This document shows positions 9,915-18,811 of a stretch of DNA of 58,132 bases, one piece after another (the first letter of the stretch is position 1; each line of letters opens with the position of its first letter). Below the pieces are notes generated by a model. The model was not told the origin of the DNA and did no database searches. It saw only the letters and a list, made by a program, of their open reading frames with translations. A program made the position numbers and the translations under genes. Source of the stretch: Spirochaetota bacterium (GTDB lineage Bacteria > Spirochaetota > UBA4802 > UBA5550); the NCBI GenBank assembly GCA_022709405.1, contig JAKLIV010000005.1, positions 1 to 58,132 of the forward strand, in the 5' to 3' direction.

Positions 9915-10475
9915 ATGAATGATATCAAGCAACAGAACAACCTCAAAAATCTTCTTTTCAAAGAAGGCCTCCCCAACCCGGAAACGCTGTCCGAGCTAAG
10001 AAACAACCCGATTCTTCTTATCGACATCGGGTATGAGTATGTCGAGCAGGGGGAATACGAGCAGGCGTACGAGCTTTTCCGCATGGGAATGTCCATCGAT
10101 AACACGGATCTCGACATCGTCAACGGCCTCGGCATAACCCTGTGTGAAATGGGCAAATTCGAGGAGTCCAAGCAGGTTCTCGAACAGGCTCTTAAAAACA
10201 ATCCCAATGACGCAATCACGCTGGCGAACATCGCCGGGGTGTGCTGGGAGATAGAGGACTATGACCGGGCCATATACTACTACCACCAGGCGCTCCAGAA
10301 CGATTCGGAGATAGAGGAAATCTATTACAATCTGATCAATCTCTACATGGACAATGACATGCTTCACATCGCCTATATAACCGCGCTGGAATTCGTCAAA
10401 GCTTTTCCCGATAGCCAGGACGCAAAGGACCTCCTCAACGACATACTCATCAACATGGCCCTGTGCAATATCTGA
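9915..10475 (+). CDS. Tetratricopeptide-repeat (TPR) protein
   Basis: Repeated TPR-like 34-mers (EQGEYEQAYELFRMGMSID, EMGKFEESKQVLEQALKNNPND, EIEDYDRAIYYYHQALQND). Confidence 0.8.
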   Translation: MNDIKQQNNLKNLLFKEGLPNPETLSELRNNPILLIDIGYEYVEQGEYEQAYELFRMGMSIDNTDLDIVNGLGITLCEMGKFEESKQVLEQALKNNPNDAITLANIAGVCWEIEDYDRAIYYYHQALQNDSEIEEIYYNLINLYMDNDMLHIAYITALEFVKAFPDSQDAKDLLNDILINMALCNI

Positions 10476-10494
10476 ATCCCCGATCTGTAGTTAT

Positions 10495-11694
10495 TCAATC
10501 AAAAAGACTTCTCTTATATGACAGGCTCTCTTTCAACGTGAACAGATCGCTGCCCCGCGGTACGTCCCTGAGTTTCGTCATGAGGGTCTTGCTGTCGATC
10601 AGCTCGGAAAACGGCACAGCCTTGATGTCAAAATTATCGGTCACTGAAACCATCACGCCGAAATTTCTCTCCATATAGAACTTCGCAGCGCCGTAACCGA
10701 GCATGCTTCCGAGCACCACGTCGAATCCGGTGGGATGCCCGGACCTGATTTCATAACCGATCTGCTTGGCCGTGATCTTTACATCTATCCCCGTTTTTTC
10801 CCTGTACTTCGCTTTGGCTATCTCGGCAAGATGGGAGGCGACGTGGGCTTCGCTGAAGAGCAGGTTCCCGTGCCTGTCGGTCGCCTTGGGTTTCATTCCC
10901 TCAGGGAGCTTGTCGGCGAGCCCCTCGGATACGGCTATCACCCCGTAGGGCTTCCTGTCGTTTTCCCTGCTCAGGATAACATCCGCGATCTTCTCACCCA
11001 GCTCGTCGAGGTCCAGCGTGTCTCCCTCGATGTCCTCGGAAGAGATCATGAGGATGGATTCGGCCGCGACACCGGCCGCGTAGGTTATCCATCCGGCCTT
11101 GCGGCCCATGAGCTCCACGATGAAATAGCTGTCGGTCGACTGTGCGTCGGCCTTCAGGTTGAGCAGGATCTTCTGCGCAACGTCCACCGCGGTCCAGTAG
11201 CCGAATGTCCAGGCAATGCCGTAATAATCGTTGTCGATCGTCTTCGGGATATGGATCACGGGAAATCCCATGAGCCAGAGGTAATTTGCGGTTTTGAGGG
11301 TATCGTCGCCTCCGATCGAGATGAGGGCCCCGATCTGCAGATAATCGAACGCGTCGAGGATGTTTCTGAGTCTCACGTTTTTTTCCGGATCGTTCAGATC
11401 CTCCATAGTCTTGATGTCTTTCCCGGGATTGGCGCGGGAGGTCCTCAAGAAAACGCCGCTCCTGTTTCTGGCCTTGGTTATTTCGCGCGTGACATACCCG
11501 TAGTGCAGGTCCTTGCGGAGCTTCGGATAGCTTTTATTGAAATCCTGAAGGAATTCGTATCCCCGCATTATACCGATCACGGGAACATGGTTGTCCAGAA
11601 GGTTGAGCCCTATGGATGAAATCACCGCGTTCGCGCTTGGCGCGGGTCCTCCTGAAAAAAGAATACCCACTTTGTCAAACTTCGGTGTGGTCAT
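10495..11694 (-). CDS. pfp: Phosphofructokinase, PPi-dependent type by signature residues
   Basis: PFK family (GILFSGGPAPSANA, MGRKAGW). It carries GGDDT and PKTIDND, i.e. Asp and Lys where ATP-dependent enzymes have GGDGS and PGTIDND. Confidence 0.85.
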   Translation of the reverse strand: MTTPKFDKVGILFSGGPAPSANAVISSIGLNLLDNHVPVIGIMRGYEFLQDFNKSYPKLRKDLHYGYVTREITKARNRSGVFLRTSRANPGKDIKTMEDLNDPEKNVRLRNILDAFDYLQIGALISIGGDDTLKTANYLWLMGFPVIHIPKTIDNDYYGIAWTFGYWTAVDVAQKILLNLKADAQSTDSYFIVELMGRKAGWITYAAGVAAESILMISSEDIEGDTLDLDELGEKIADVILSRENDRKPYGVIAVSEGLADKLPEGMKPKATDRHGNLLFSEAHVASHLAEIAKAKYREKTGIDVKITAKQIGYEIRSGHPTGFDVVLGSMLGYGAAKFYMERNFGVMVSVTDNFDIKAVPFSELIDSKTLMTKLRDVPRGSDLFTLKESLSYKRSLFD

Positions 11695-11859
11695 ATTTTC
11701 AAGCTCCGAACTTCAAGTGAAAAAATGAGTTTCGGGATAAGTGTGACGATGAATAATAATAACCATTTTTTTAAGGCCATTCAAGGAAAATGAAAGCCAG
11801 GCTAGTTCATATTCTATAACAGCATAGCATAATATTACAAGAATAAAAAAGAAACAATG

Positions 11860-12213
11860 TCAGGACAGTTCGCCCAGGATATTGTCCGCGGTAAACTGCA
11901 TATGTAGATATGTGGCGATGATGTCCTGGGCCAGGATATTCAGGTCTCCCCAGATTATTTTCCCCGACGATGCTTCGACATACACAAGGTCCTGCTCGGT
12001 ATCGAAAAAAATTCTGGTGAGATGTATAATCGCGTATGAGTCGCCTTCCAGGTGCGGTACGGAGAGATCGAGCGGCAATTGGCGATCCTCGTGCAGGCCA
12101 AGCAGCTCAAAGACAAAATCCGACAGGGCCATCTGAAGGGAGAACATGCCCGTGCCGATATCCACGGAGAGCCTGTCGAAATGCTGTTTCAGTTTCAATT
12201 TATCCTGGGACAT
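11860..12213 (-). CDS. Hypothetical protein (117 aa)
   Basis: ORF with a G-rich Shine-Dalgarno-like sequence upstream. No recognisable motifs. Confidence 0.5.
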   Translation of the reverse strand: MSQDKLKLKQHFDRLSVDIGTGMFSLQMALSDFVFELLGLHEDRQLPLDLSVPHLEGDSYAIIHLTRIFFDTEQDLVYVEASSGKIIWGDLNILAQDIIATYLHMQFTADNILGELS

Positions 12214-12306
12214 GAAATCCCCCGCCGCGACACGGGCTTGAGCGCCGATTTTGCTGTATTCAGGAAGAGAGACCGAATTCTACCGATAACAAGCAGGAGA
12301 AATATG

Positions 12307-12390
12307 TGCCGCGAGAGGGATTTGAACCCTCACAGGCGTCCGCCTACTAGACCCTGAACCTAGCGCGTCTACCAATTCCGCCATCGCGGC
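12307..12390 (-). tRNA. tRNA-Leu (anticodon CAG), long variable arm, CCA not encoded
   Basis: The reverse complement reads GCCGCGATGGCGGAATTGGTAGACGCGCTAGGTTCAGGGTCTAGTAGGCGGACGCCTGTGAGGGTTCAAATCCCTCTCGCGGCA. It has a 7-bp acceptor stem, anticodon stem CTAGG/TCTAG with loop TTCAGGG, a long extra arm and a GGTTCAAATCC T-loop. Confidence 0.9.
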
Positions 12391-12501
12391 ATTCATAATT
12401 TCCAATGTACTATCAATATCAGCGTGATTTTTTGTCAAATACATTTTCTGACCCGCACCGGACACGCTGCAGCCGGATAAACAGGCCTGTCCGTACGCCG
12501 G

Positions 12502-15201
12502 CTAATTTTTATATTTGTTGATTTCTTTTATCCTGAACTTGTTTCCTTCATCGCCAAGATTCAAAACCACCATATCGTCGACCTTCTTTCCAAGAACAGC
12601 CTTTGCAATCGGAGAACGGTAAGACAGCACCTTCTTCTCGAAATCCGCGTCCCAGGGGCCGAGCACGGTATATTCGGTCGCTTCACCGCTCTCGACGTCC
12701 TCCAGGGTAATCCTGGTACCGATGTTCACCGCATCGATGCTGATCGAGTCGTTCTGGAGAACCGATGCGATTTTCATTTCCTCGTCGAGCTTTTTAATGG
12801 CCAACTCCAGGGTGGCCTGCTTTTCCATAAGCGCGTTATACTCGACATTCTCCCGCATGTCCCCGGTCGCCTCCGAAACTTCGGCGAGTTCCCGGGACAG
12901 GGCCGGCATTTCGACATTGACGAGTCTTTCCAGCTCGCCTTTCATTTTGTTGTAACCCTCCTGCGATACGATAAGGCGCTCCGTATCGTATTCCCAATCG
13001 CCGCCCGGGGTTTCGGCCGCCTGAAAATCAGGGTTGAGATCTTTTATGATCGAATAGAACTTGCTTCCCCTGCTTTCTTCAATATAGGAAATATTTCTGA
13101 AAAGATCGTAGAGTTTCGCAAGAAAAGGCTTGGACGATCTTTCGATAATGTCCTTGATGACCGTTGCTTCGTTTTCGAACAGGGTTTCCACCATGATGTT
13201 CTTGAGCCTGTTGCCCTCGATCTCGATTTTCTTCAACTCATTCATAAGACGAAAATAGGCCACCGTGAGGGCCTCCCATGAGAAGTCAAGCCACTGGTAA
13301 TCCCATGCTTTTGTAAACAGGTTCTTCGAGACCCAGATGAAAATCTCGGGGTACTGCTTCGCGCCGGTTATCACCCGGTCGATAAACATATTGATGACCG
13401 TATACGAATGCGCCCTGATAAGATTGTTGAGAATATATTTGTGAATCCTGACCGGGGTCTCATACAGAAGCTCATGAAAAACCTGCGGCCAGTCTTCCCT
13501 CGACTCCTCGATAAGATTCACGAAATCCTTTTTATAGTCATAAGAGCTTATCTTCATCGAAATCAGGGGCAGGTCGTGGCTCTGCTTTATGTATTCGATG
13601 ATCCTCTCCTTGATGGGTTCAAGTTTCAGTTTGGATGAATCGGTATACCTGGCGAGGTCGTTTAAAATGAAAAACGAGAGGATCTGTCTGGTCGCCGAGG
13701 CGCCCCGCACCTCATCCATGAAATAGTCAATGAGATATGGGGCGACAGACGCACCTTCTTCAACCTCGATGTTGTTGATGAATTCCATGGCAGCGTCCAG
13801 TTTCTGGCTGAATGACGCATTTTTGGTGAAACTGTTGAGCAGCTCCTCTGCGAACGTGACGGGCTTGTCCCTGAGGAATATGAGATCTTTCTTCTTGTCC
13901 GATACTCCGAAGAGCGGGTCCTTTTTGATCGCAGTCCTCGCCCTGGTCCACCACTTGCTCCAGGATTTCGCGTCAATATATTTCGGAATGAGCTCCCTCT
14001 TGATGTCTTCGAGCATGATTTCGCCGTTGTACGACTTGATCAGGATTTTGAAAAATTCGATAAAATCGTCCTCGAACATGGCCTTCAGGGTCTCGGGATC
14101 TTCGAATTGCATGGCATAAAGGTGGTCCTTGCTGATCGGGGTCAGGGACTGAAGCGCCATCTTGATGGACATCTTGTGCTCGGGCTTGTCCGTAAAATTT
14201 ATCACTATGCTTTCGCTGTCGATATCCGCTATTTTGCCGAGCCCCCACGAATTGTGGAAAGCGTAGTTCCCCTTGTCGAAGTAGATGTTTTTTTCAAAGT
14301 CCTGTATGGCGTACTTGACCGGGTTCTTGAAGCTGTTGAGCCGGGAAAGCTTCATGAACTGCTCGAACTGTGAATGCGTACCGTACTTGACCCGGTAAAA
14401 ATCGATAAGCTCCTTCCGGGCGTGGGTGTCGTCGGACCGGTACTCGAGAATCTTCTTTAAAAGCTCGATGCTCTGGTCGGGATTCTCCTTGTCCTTGTAT
14501 TTTGCAAGGAGCTGTTTCAAGAGATTCGCCGCAAGCTCGAATTCCTTGGCCTCCACGAGCAGACGCTCGATTCTCTCAAAAAAAGCGATGTCCTCCCAGG
14601 ACACGCTTATCAGCTTGTTCCAGAGGCTCGTAACCTCGTCATACTTGCCGTTTTTGATGAAGCCTTCGATCGAGAGCTTCATGTACTGTATGCTCTTTTC
14701 CTCGTCGTCTTCGATGATCGCGAACGCCAGTTTTTTGGCCAGGTCGGCGTCGAACCTGTCAATTTTCAGAATGTTTTCAAGTACTGGAATCGCCTCCCTG
14801 CTCCTCCCTTGTCTTTCGAGGCTCAAAGCCAGTGAGCGCAGGGCGTTGCTGGTTTCCCCATACTCGAGTATTTTTTCAGAAATCTTTTCAAGCACGGCCC
14901 ACTTATGGCTCTGCGTGAATATGTCGATAAGCCTCCTGAACTGGACCTGGTCCTCGATACTTTCGGTCTGATATCCGCACAGGCCGACAAGATAGATTGC
15001 GGTGATGGAACTGGTATGTTCCTCCAGGTGTTTTTTACACGCAGAGACCGCGTCGCTGATCAGCCCTTCGGAGACGATGGTGTTAAAAAGATCATCAAGG
15101 ATTTTAAATTTTGAGATGCCGATATCCTTTGGCTCGATCCTCCCCCATACTTCTTCTTTAAATAGCGAGTTCAGCCTTTCAAGCGCCTTTTCTTTTGACA
15201 T
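12502..15201 (-). CDS. greA: Transcript-cleavage factor GreA with a roughly 750-aa spirochaete-type N-terminal extension
   Basis: The C-terminal ~150 aa are a GreA coiled-coil plus FKBP-like domain (VSQEGYNKMKGELERL...ENVEYNALMEKQ...YTVLGPWDAD...SYRSPIAKAVLGKKVDD). I place the start at MSKEKALERL (ATG 15201) rather than the ORF-track start 15276. Confidence 0.85.
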   Translation of the reverse strand: MSKEKALERLNSLFKEEVWGRIEPKDIGISKFKILDDLFNTIVSEGLISDAVSACKKHLEEHTSSITAIYLVGLCGYQTESIEDQVQFRRLIDIFTQSHKWAVLEKISEKILEYGETSNALRSLALSLERQGRSREAIPVLENILKIDRFDADLAKKLAFAIIEDDEEKSIQYMKLSIEGFIKNGKYDEVTSLWNKLISVSWEDIAFFERIERLLVEAKEFELAANLLKQLLAKYKDKENPDQSIELLKKILEYRSDDTHARKELIDFYRVKYGTHSQFEQFMKLSRLNSFKNPVKYAIQDFEKNIYFDKGNYAFHNSWGLGKIADIDSESIVINFTDKPEHKMSIKMALQSLTPISKDHLYAMQFEDPETLKAMFEDDFIEFFKILIKSYNGEIMLEDIKRELIPKYIDAKSWSKWWTRARTAIKKDPLFGVSDKKKDLIFLRDKPVTFAEELLNSFTKNASFSQKLDAAMEFINNIEVEEGASVAPYLIDYFMDEVRGASATRQILSFFILNDLARYTDSSKLKLEPIKERIIEYIKQSHDLPLISMKISSYDYKKDFVNLIEESREDWPQVFHELLYETPVRIHKYILNNLIRAHSYTVINMFIDRVITGAKQYPEIFIWVSKNLFTKAWDYQWLDFSWEALTVAYFRLMNELKKIEIEGNRLKNIMVETLFENEATVIKDIIERSSKPFLAKLYDLFRNISYIEESRGSKFYSIIKDLNPDFQAAETPGGDWEYDTERLIVSQEGYNKMKGELERLVNVEMPALSRELAEVSEATGDMRENVEYNALMEKQATLELAIKKLDEEMKIASVLQNDSISIDAVNIGTRITLEDVESGEATEYTVLGPWDADFEKKVLSYRSPIAKAVLGKKVDDMVVLNLGDEGNKFRIKEINKYKN

Positions 15202-15317
15202 AACACCATCCCGAAAAATGTGATTTTTAAAATAGAAAAATACCCATCTTTGTGCTCTGATGGGTATTTTCCTCAAAATATAAGAGCGGTTAGCTCAGAA
15301 TTTGATACGAAACAGGG

Positions 15318-16214
15318 TTACTTTGCGTTTTCGCCGCCCGCTTCTTTCTTTTGCTCTCCCTTGAAAGCCTTGTGGAGATCTCGCCCGTCGAAATTCACTT
15401 CGAACACGTCAGTCAGAACCTTAAGCTGGTCTAAGGAAAAGAACGTCTCGGCGGTCATTTCCTGATGACTGGCGCTTTCTTCAGCGCGGAGAACGAAGCG
15501 GGTAATTTTAGTCACCCTTGTCTGAGGATATGATTCATAAGATTGCGGTACTGCAATGGGAATATCTGCTTTCAACGGCTTCCAGCCGACAAAGTTTACC
15601 GAGCCGAATTTGAGGATGTGGGTATTCCCCAGGTAATCCTTCAGCCAGGCTTCCAGATAATATGGATTTCCCCGCCCATGCACCCAGACCGAAATGGCCT
15701 TGGCCCTGCCGGGCAGCTGAATTCCTCTTTCCTGCTCGTCCTTCCTGGTGCTCGGATTATAGGTCAGAACCGGCGTCCTGTCTTTCCACTCGAGTTCGGG
15801 AGGCGCCAGAATATGGACCGAATTCGTCCCCGGATATCTGAACTGAAAGAACACGCCGAGGCATTTTTCTTTCTTTTTACCCTGGCCGGTGAGCGACCAT
15901 TCTTCGACAGCCATGTCATTGGGATAGCCGTCGATTATTTTCATATCGAGAACGGGAACCGGATCCTTCATTTTAAGCTTCTTCTCGGTTTCCTGGCTCT
16001 CAAACTTGCGGGGTTCTGATTTGATCGTCCAGCCCTGTTCGCCGACCTGCGCACTTTCAAAATCGTCGATGACAAGAGCCTTCAGCTCTTCATCGCTGAT
16101 ATCGGCCGGGACATTGGTGATGATCTTCGAATCCGCCTGATACGGATTGACAATTCCCAGTATGAAAGCCGCAACCAGTATAAATATGAACGATAATGCT
16201 TTTTTATGGACCAT
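15318..16214 (-). CDS. flaA: Flagellar filament outer-layer (sheath) protein FlaA, paralog 2
   Basis: Signal peptide plus FlaA-family C-terminal region (WVHGRGNPYYLEAWLKDYLGNTHILKFGSVNFVGWKPL...FFSLDQLKVLTDVFE). Shine-Dalgarno GGGAGG. It lies 36 nt downstream of the other flaA. Confidence 0.85.
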   Translation of the reverse strand: MVHKKALSFIFILVAAFILGIVNPYQADSKIITNVPADISDEELKALVIDDFESAQVGEQGWTIKSEPRKFESQETEKKLKMKDPVPVLDMKIIDGYPNDMAVEEWSLTGQGKKKEKCLGVFFQFRYPGTNSVHILAPPELEWKDRTPVLTYNPSTRKDEQERGIQLPGRAKAISVWVHGRGNPYYLEAWLKDYLGNTHILKFGSVNFVGWKPLKADIPIAVPQSYESYPQTRVTKITRFVLRAEESASHQEMTAETFFSLDQLKVLTDVFEVNFDGRDLHKAFKGEQKKEAGGENAK

Positions 16215-16250
16215 AATTATTTTAGCCTCCCTTCCGTGCGTTAACCAATT

Positions 16251-17036
16251 TTACCAGGTATCCTTGATGGACTCGTCGCCGGTAAATTCACTGAGATCGG
16301 TGATGACCCTGAACTGATCCAGATAGAAATAGAAAGTACCGGGAACCTCATATCTGTCGCTTTCAACGAAAAAGGATACAAAGTGAAGGTTCTTATCAAG
16401 AACCGCATAACTAGCCGACTGAGGAAGCCAGCCGGGGATGATAACGGATAACTCTTTCCAGCCCCAGAAGTCCAGAGGCCCGATTTTTAACTTGTGAAGA
16501 TGTCCGCGAAAATCCCTGAGTTTCACATACAGGGTGTGGCGGAATTTTCTGCCGAGCACCCATACTTTTATTTCCCTTGCCTTTCCCCTCACGATATATT
16601 CGTTCGGAGGGAAAACTTCGACTCTGTCGTATCCCCTTTCGAGGAAGTAGGATTTTACGCCTATGACATATTCGTTTTTATGTGAAATACCGTTTTCATC
16701 GGTAAGCTCGTTTGCAAACTCGCCGGGTTCCCCGTTTTCATTGACGAACTGACCCCTGTCGTTGACGGGACGGGGTTTCCCGGGTATTTTTCTAATTTTT
16801 GTTTCTCCCAAGGGGCAGGTCGAATCAGCCCTCCAATCCTCGCACGATTCGAAGTCGTTCAACCAGTCAATGACCAGTCCATCGACTTTTTTCTTCGGGG
16901 TTTCGGCCGTCTGCGCGGCCTTTTCCATGTCCCCGCCCTGCTGCTGGGCGTTAAGATCTATGCTTCCATTGCCGACGAAGAATATTAATAATCCAATCCA
17001 TATCGACAATACAGAAAATTTGAATCTCATTTTCAT
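16251..17036 (-). CDS. flaA: Flagellar filament outer-layer (sheath) protein FlaA, paralog 1
   Basis: Signal peptide plus the FlaA pattern (VWVLGRKFRHTLYVKLRDFRGHLHKLKIGPLDFWGWKEL...FYLDQFRVITDL). The start is moved to ATG 17036, which is preceded by AGAGGAG. The ORF-track start 17051 is a GTG lying inside that Shine-Dalgarno. Confidence 0.85.
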   Translation of the reverse strand: MKMRFKFSVLSIWIGLLIFFVGNGSIDLNAQQQGGDMEKAAQTAETPKKKVDGLVIDWLNDFESCEDWRADSTCPLGETKIRKIPGKPRPVNDRGQFVNENGEPGEFANELTDENGISHKNEYVIGVKSYFLERGYDRVEVFPPNEYIVRGKAREIKVWVLGRKFRHTLYVKLRDFRGHLHKLKIGPLDFWGWKELSVIIPGWLPQSASYAVLDKNLHFVSFFVESDRYEVPGTFYFYLDQFRVITDLSEFTGDESIKDTW

Positions 17037-17112
17037 AGTTCTCCTCTTCACTATTTATTCAAATGCTATATTTCATCCATGAAATCTAGGAAGATTCTTC
17101 TTTACTTTATAT

Positions 17113-17139
17113 GTATCGGAAAGTTATCAACACAATTTA
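17113..17139 (-). promoter_or_regulatory. Candidate sigma-28 (FliA)-type promoter for the flaA-flaA operon
   Basis: The reverse strand reads TAAA-ttgtgttgataactt-TCCGATAC, i.e. TAAA-N15-CCGATA against the consensus TAAA-N15-GCCGATAA, about 75 nt upstream of the flaA ATG. A weaker sigma-70-like TTGACA (17190-17185) / TATAAT (17170-17165) pair with only a 14-nt spacer lies further upstream. Confidence 0.45.
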
Positions 17140-17392
17140 GAATAAATTAGTATTGTTATTAAGTATTATATTTATTTGGTTAATTGTCAAGAAATTAATA
17201 GTCTATTTTCATATTCAAAAAAAGCTACAAAACAATTAATGAAAGTCAGGCGAATGGGGGGACGATTTTGAAACCTCATAAAAGAAAAATCTATTGCATT
17301 TTATCACTCGATATTGGTACCCTGATCATTCCATCAAATAAATAGCAAATAATACGAATTTTCAACCGTTTTACAAGGATTACGCATCAGCC

Positions 17393-18244
17393 ATGAGACT
17401 AATCGACCGGTACAAGAAGGGTTTTACCATATCGTTCGAGATATTCCCCCCGAAAACACCCCAGGGAGAAATAAACCTCTGGAAGGAGCTCGTAGAATTG
17501 TCCGCTCTAAAACCAGGCTATATTTCCGTGACCTACGGCGCCGGCGGCTCAACCAGGGAAAAGACGCTCGATATTGCATTGAAGGTCAGGGACAGCCACG
17601 AAATCGAACCACTTGTTCATTTCACATGCGTCGGAGCCGACAGGGAAGAGATAGCCGCCTATCTTAAAATCGTCAAAGAAAAAAATCTTGAGAACATACT
17701 GGCCCTCAGGGGAGACCCTCCGCAGGGGCAAAAGTCGTTCACCCCGCCGTCCGGGGGCTTTTCCCATGCGAACGAGCTTGTTGGCTTCGTCAGAAAAACC
17801 GGGGATTTCTGCATAGCTGTCGCCGGGTATCCAGAAGGGCACATCGAGGCCGAAAGCCTCGAGGCCGATATCGACAATCTCAGGAAAAAAATCGACGCCG
17901 GGGCGGACTTTATCATTACGCAGCTTTTCTATGACAACGCCGATTACTATAACTTCATGAATTTGACGGCGCGCAGGGGCATATCAGTGCCGGTGATCCC
18001 GGGAATCATGCCGGTAACGAGCCTCTCCCAGATCACCAGGATAACCGGGATGTGCGGCGCGAAGATTCCGGAAAAGCTCATGGACGATTTACACGGATGC
18101 GAATCAGAGGAGTCCATATGCAGAGCGGGAACCGATTATTCGATCCGCCAGTGCGCCGAACTGAAATCCTGGGGAGTTCCGGGTTTTCATTTTTACACAC
18201 TGAACAAGTCGGACACGGTTAAACGAATAATTCAATCAATTTAA
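17393..18244 (+). CDS. metF: 5,10-methylenetetrahydrofolate reductase
   Basis: FSFEIFPPKT...ISVTYGAGGSTREKT...HFTCVG...ALRGDPP is the typical MetF pattern. Confidence 0.92.
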   Translation: MRLIDRYKKGFTISFEIFPPKTPQGEINLWKELVELSALKPGYISVTYGAGGSTREKTLDIALKVRDSHEIEPLVHFTCVGADREEIAAYLKIVKEKNLENILALRGDPPQGQKSFTPPSGGFSHANELVGFVRKTGDFCIAVAGYPEGHIEAESLEADIDNLRKKIDAGADFIITQLFYDNADYYNFMNLTARRGISVPVIPGIMPVTSLSQITRITGMCGAKIPEKLMDDLHGCESEESICRAGTDYSIRQCAELKSWGVPGFHFYTLNKSDTVKRIIQSI

Positions 18245-18272
18245 AACGCTCCATGACAAGCGGGGATCAGCA

Positions 18273-18797
18273 ATGTATACTTATGAAGAAAAACCCGATC
18301 CGAAACTGAGAATATTGAAGGCCGTGATCTTTCTGTCGGCCGGAATCATCGCAGGAATGATCGCCGCGAGGATCTTCGTGCTGCCGTATAACGCGTCAGA
18401 CGATTCCATGAAACCCAACATATCCCCCGGAGACAGGGCGATCATCTGCAGGTTCAAGGACCCGTCGCCCGGAGACATCGTGCTGGTGAAAAGCCCCGTG
18501 GAACCTGACAGGGCGCTCCTGAAAAGGATAATGGCCGCCGAAGGGGACACCGTGGAAGTCAGGAACAAAATCATCTACGTCAACGACAGCGTGTACCGTT
18601 TCAAGTGGAAAACGAATTCCTCCGACACCAGGGTCTTTCCGATGCATTTCACCGGCAGGGACACCATGCCCGCCGTAAAACTGGAACGCCGCCAGTTTTT
18701 TCTGCTTAATGACAACCTGGACAATTCCTTCGACAGCCGCAACTTCGGCCCGGTAGACGACGAGGCCGTTATCGGCGTGATGATCTATAAAATGTGA
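18273..18797 (+). CDS. lepB: Signal peptidase I (S26 family)
   Basis: TM anchor, catalytic Ser box SDDSMKP, LLKRIMAAEGD, and the NDNLDNSFDSRNFG box. Confidence 0.88.
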   Translation: MYTYEEKPDPKLRILKAVIFLSAGIIAGMIAARIFVLPYNASDDSMKPNISPGDRAIICRFKDPSPGDIVLVKSPVEPDRALLKRIMAAEGDTVEVRNKIIYVNDSVYRFKWKTNSSDTRVFPMHFTGRDTMPAVKLERRQFFLLNDNLDNSFDSRNFGPVDDEAVIGVMIYKM

Positions 18798-18811
18798 TCA
18801 ACAGGGGAGGG

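Noticed and set aside
12214-12501. tRNA-Leu as a possible integration hotspot flanked by an island.
   Set aside because: Both flanks are core genes (pfp side and greA). I saw no integrase, no direct repeat of the tRNA 3' end and no compositional break. Only one small hypothetical gene (11860-12213) is nearby.
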